Part shown: positions 36,483 through 39,223 of the stretch, in pieces
Position numbering within the stretch: position 1 is the first letter of the stretch
Layout: each line of letters starts with the position of its first letter
Source of the DNA: an uncultured Hyphomicrobiaceae bacterium
GTDB lineage: Bacteria > Pseudomonadota > Alphaproteobacteria > Rhizobiales > Hyphomicrobiaceae
Assembly (NCBI GenBank): GCA_964352165.1
Contig: CAYGRH010000001.1
Coordinates: forward strand, 1-39,223
Length of the DNA: 39,223 bases
Direction of reading: 5' to 3'
Notes under the pieces: generated by a model
The model's database searches: none
What the model was told of the DNA's origin: nothing
What the model saw: the letters and a program-made list of their open reading frames with translations, nothing else
Position numbers and translations under genes: made by a program

Positions 36483-36779
36483 GTGTTCAATCAGAACTCT
36501 CACCGCCAAAAGCGCCAGCAGGTTTTCATGAGCTCGGTTGAAGGGCTCGCAAACACGATGGCCTTGATCGCGGCTTTCTTTCTGACCCCGGAAATCTACT
36601 TCCGGACCGTCAACTGGGTCGCGGGTTTTACCGCAGCCCGCTACGGCGCAGACCTCGTTGATATCGTGGCCTTCGTCTGGTTCGTGGCCGTGGCACTGCT
36701 GACGTTTTTCACGGCCCGCGCAACGCTCGCCACCGCAATCGTTGCGGCCGGTCTGGCCGTTGCAACCAAGTTCGTCTGA
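36483..36779 (+). CDS. Small membrane protein (three predicted TM segments) upstream of traG
   Basis: GTG start 8 nt after aggaga. Hydrophobic segments MALIAAFFLTPEIYF, IVAFVWFVAVALLTFF and AIVAAGLAVA. Confidence 0.55.
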   Translation: MFNQNSHRQKRQQVFMSSVEGLANTMALIAAFFLTPEIYFRTVNWVAGFTAARYGADLVDIVAFVWFVAVALLTFFTARATLATAIVAAGLAVATKFV

Positions 36780-36805
36780 ACGTGCAAACAGGAAAGGATT
36801 TAGTC

Positions 36806-36931
36806 GTGCCCAAGTACAAACACGTTGCCGGTGGACGCGTTGATGTCTACCGCAAGCAGCCCAATTGGGGCGGCATCATCGTCGCCATTATCGTTGCTCT
36901 GGTTGTCCTCGGAGCCTTGTTCGGCAAGTAG
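36806..36931 (+). CDS. Possible 41-aa single-TM peptide (below the ORF-track length cutoff)
   Basis: GTG start after ggaaagga. Sequence VPKYKHVAGGRVDVYRKQPNWGGIIVAIIVALVVLGALFGK. Confidence 0.3.
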   Translation: MPKYKHVAGGRVDVYRKQPNWGGIIVAIIVALVVLGALFGK

Positions 36932-37002
36932 GCCGAACGCGTCCGAACGAAGGAGCCCCAATTTTGGGCTCCTTCAATTTTGCAAGGCTTGAGGGACAAC
37001 CG

Positions 37003-38616
37003 ATGTCCAGCACATTCAACGAAGAATACCGCTTTGGCTCGGCCGCCTGGGCGGATGAGTATCAGCTCGGTGAGGCGGGCCTGTTTCAAAAACGCGGGCC
37101 CCAGATCGGCTATTGGAACAAGCGCCCGCTGCATCTGGAGGGCGATGCGCCGATGATCACCATCGGCGGGGCGGGCTCGGGCAAACTGCGCGATCTTTTG
37201 GGCTATGTGGTTTGCGCCTCTGCGGGCCAGCGCATGATCATCCTCGATCCGCGCGGCGAGCTTGGGGCGATCTCAATGCATGTCCATGCCGGCAATGGCG
37301 AGAACGCTTATTTCTGGAACCCGGTGCAACTGCATGACTTGCCGCAACATGGCTGCAACCCGCTGGCCATCCTGGCCCCTCTGGCCCCGAGCTTTCATGC
37401 GGACTGCCGCTTCATTGCTGAGGCGCTCATTCCGCTGAGCGGCTCCGGTGAGGGCAAGTATTTTGAGCTCAGAGCGCGCGACTGGGTCGAGGCGCTCCTC
37501 AAATCCGATGCGGAGAGCAATGGCCGCACCAGCCTGCCGCGCCTCATCCGGTTGATCAATGTCATTGAAGCCGATCCGCACAGCTGGGCTGATCAATTGG
37601 AAAAAATGCTCGCCTCTAATTTCGATGGCGTGCGCCGGACTGCCGGCGAGATGCTCGCCAAGCAGCAGGACAGCCCGCGCGAGTTCGGCTCCATACTGGG
37701 CGATATCTACGCCCATCTCGGGTTTCTTGACGATCCGGCCTTGCTGCATTGGCTGGATGGCGATGATTTCTGCCTGTCTGAACTGGCCGCCCGCTCGCGG
37801 GCCTGCAAGATCTTCATGAATATCCCGGCGGAGTATTTGAGCATCTGGTCGCCGCTGATCCGGCTGTTCATGACCGTGACCATGCTGCACAAGGGCCGCG
37901 CGCCCGATGCCCCGCGCGTCATGCTGCTGGTCGATGAGGCCGGGCAGCTTGGCCGGTTTGAAGCGCTCTTGCGGGCCTTCACCTATGGCCGCGGGGCCGG
38001 CATTCGCGCCTGGGCGATCTTTCAGGATGCAGGGCAGATCGTACGCAATTACGGGCAGCCCGCGTTGCAGAGCTTTATCGGCTCGGCGCAGATGCGCCAG
38101 TTCTTTGGCGTGCGCGATTACCAGACCGCGCAACTGGTCTCCGACATGCTGGGCTCCGAGACGCTGACCTTTGACGATACTCGCCAGCAGGAAGCTGCGC
38201 GCCGTCAAAAGGTGCAGGCCATGCAGCGCTTCATGGCCGGGGAAGATCCATTCGCAGCAGCCCTTGACGTTGCGCATTTCAGGAAGAGCGAGGGCTTGCG
38301 CACCAAGCAGGCGCGCAAACTCATGACGCCCGATGAAGTGCTCGCCATGCTGGAAGACCGGCAGATCCTCTTTATCTCCGGCAAGAATCTGAAGCCCATT
38401 TTCGCGCACAAATATCCGTACTTCACGCGGCCCGAGATGGCCGGGCTCTATCTGCCCAATCCCTACCATCCGCCTTTGGACCGTGTGCCGATCGCGACAT
38501 GGCGCGGGCAGCAATGGGCGAGCGTCATTCGCGAGCCGGTCCCGGAAAACTTTGCAGCTTTCCCCCAATATCGTTCGGGAAGTTGGGCATATGTAAGCGG
38601 GTACAAACCAACCTAA
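37003..38616 (+). CDS. traG: TraG/VirD4-family type IV coupling protein without an N-terminal TM domain
   Basis: RBS gaggga. Walker A ITIGGAGSGK, Walker B VMLLVDEAGQLG, and IRAWAIFQDAGQI. The 431-aa minus-strand ORF 37273-38568 is its antisense shadow. Confidence 0.9.
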   Translation: MSSTFNEEYRFGSAAWADEYQLGEAGLFQKRGPQIGYWNKRPLHLEGDAPMITIGGAGSGKLRDLLGYVVCASAGQRMIILDPRGELGAISMHVHAGNGENAYFWNPVQLHDLPQHGCNPLAILAPLAPSFHADCRFIAEALIPLSGSGEGKYFELRARDWVEALLKSDAESNGRTSLPRLIRLINVIEADPHSWADQLEKMLASNFDGVRRTAGEMLAKQQDSPREFGSILGDIYAHLGFLDDPALLHWLDGDDFCLSELAARSRACKIFMNIPAEYLSIWSPLIRLFMTVTMLHKGRAPDAPRVMLLVDEAGQLGRFEALLRAFTYGRGAGIRAWAIFQDAGQIVRNYGQPALQSFIGSAQMRQFFGVRDYQTAQLVSDMLGSETLTFDDTRQQEAARRQKVQAMQRFMAGEDPFAAALDVAHFRKSEGLRTKQARKLMTPDEVLAMLEDRQILFISGKNLKPIFAHKYPYFTRPEMAGLYLPNPYHPPLDRVPIATWRGQQWASVIREPVPENFAAFPQYRSGSWAYVSGYKPT

Positions 38617-38630
38617 GAAGGAGACTGCCT

Positions 38631-38915
38631 ATGAGCAAAGAAGACGAACCCAAACGCCCAAGTTTTATCGCCTATCAAGTCCGCGAGGGCGAAGACAACA
38701 AGGCCTATTTCAACAGGGTCGGTGCGGCGTTCCCGCACAAAGACGGCGAGGGGCACGACGTGCTGCTCGATGCCTTGCCGGTTGGCGGGCGCGTGACGCT
38801 GCGCACTCCGCAAGAGCGCCTTCAGGAAGCGAAAGAGTCCAAGGGTGATGATCGCCGTGAACAAAAACGGGAGGGCCGGCGGGAGCGCGATACCGGCCCA
38901 CGTTATGAGCGGTGA
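38631..38915 (+). CDS. Hypothetical 94-aa protein with a charged C-terminal tail
   Basis: RBS aaggag. Starts MSKEDEPKRPSFIAYQVREGEDNKAYFNRVGAAFPHKDGEGHDVLLD. No family recognised. Confidence 0.5.
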   Translation: MSKEDEPKRPSFIAYQVREGEDNKAYFNRVGAAFPHKDGEGHDVLLDALPVGGRVTLRTPQERLQEAKESKGDDRREQKREGRRERDTGPRYER

Positions 38916-39190
38916 GTGATCCCAAACACGGCGAGCGGTCGGCCGGCATAAAAACCAAAGCCGAACTCGAACAACGCCGCGCAGCTCGGCCCAGACCTCG
39001 GGCCGAGCTGCATCTCACCCCGCCGGGCATCACAGCCCTCGATGTCAAACGCCGCGTCGATGAATACCAGGAAGCCCGCATCAAGCTTTTAGAAACGCGC
39101 CTCAAATCCGCGCGCACCAAACTCCGTCATGATCTCAGCTACGCCGTGCACAAGGGCAAGGCCCGCGGTGATTTTGACCGGTCCCGATAA
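38912..39190 (+). CDS. Hypothetical 92-aa basic protein
   Basis: GTGA overlap with the preceding ORF. Coding-like composition. No family recognised. Confidence 0.45.
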   Translation: MSDPKHGERSAGIKTKAELEQRRAARPRPRAELHLTPPGITALDVKRRVDEYQEARIKLLETRLKSARTKLRHDLSYAVHKGKARGDFDRSR

Positions 39191-39223
39191 GTCCTTCTCG
39201 CAATCAGGAGTTCGCTTAAGCCC

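Larger units (their letters stand above)
55..39223. mobile_element. Integrative conjugative element, partial. The left junction is at tRNA-Phe and the element continues past the right window edge.
   Basis: A recombinase abuts the tRNA 3' end. There is an ardA leading-region operon, a resolvase and a TraG/VirD4 coupling protein. GC content is mosaic and IS and integrase remnants are present. No second copy of the tRNA 3' end (attR) was seen in the window. Confidence 0.7.

Noticed and set aside
37273-38568. 431-aa minus-strand ORF
   Set aside because: It lies entirely antisense to traG, which has Walker A and B motifs. The product is Arg/Ala/Gly-rich with no motifs.
1-39223. CRISPR arrays, rRNA genes, additional tRNAs, and a second copy of the tRNA-Phe 3' end (attR)
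   Set aside because: None was seen on reading the sequence. The right end of the element is presumably beyond the window, since the mating-pair genes downstream of traG are not yet reached.

Overview
This window looks like the left part of an integrative conjugative element (ICE) inserted next to the 3' end of a tRNA-Phe gene in an alphaproteobacterial genome, since PhyR/NepR/EcfG regulators are restricted to that class. All family calls come from reading motifs in the translations. No database search was run.

Layout:
- 1-54: 3' part of tRNA-Phe(GAA).
- 1-3200: GC-rich ICE end. It holds a large serine recombinase whose reading frame runs antisense through the tRNA and off the window edge. 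An ardA antirestriction operon of the leading-region type follows.
- About 3500-4050: a decayed IS3-type orfA at a visible GC drop.
- About 4200-24200: an AT-richer cargo island made almost entirely of signalling genes:
  - a Vibrio/Legionella-type alpha-hydroxyketone quorum-sensing cluster (cqsA/lqsA, a six-TM LqsS-like kinase, an LqsR-like regulator);
  - three small HTH regulators;
  - a full general-stress-response partner switch (phyR, then nepR-ecfG about 4.4 kb away);
  - a PAS-GGDEF-EAL protein and two paralogous PilZ proteins;
  - a Cache hybrid kinase with REC and Hpt domains;
  - an unassigned 252-aa protein, pxpBC and a TauE-type permease.
- 24900-30500: a GC-rich mosaic with an orphan TolC, a frameshifted DUF2267 gene, a LysE exporter and a tyrosine-integrase fragment bracketed by a 17-bp direct repeat.
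- 30500-39223: ICE backbone with a resolvase/invertase, several uncharacterised genes and a TraG/VirD4 coupling protein that lacks an N-terminal membrane anchor. The uncharacterised genes include an HExxH protein convergent with a DUF4384-like protein, and two paralogous Zn-ribbon proteins flanking an HTH gene.

Best candidates for something undescribed:
1. The mobile signalling island that joins alpha-hydroxyketone quorum sensing, PhyR-NepR-EcfG and c-di-GMP components.
2. The duplicated Zn-ribbon/HTH module and the HExxH/DUF4384-like pair just upstream of traG.

No CRISPR array or rRNA gene was seen.
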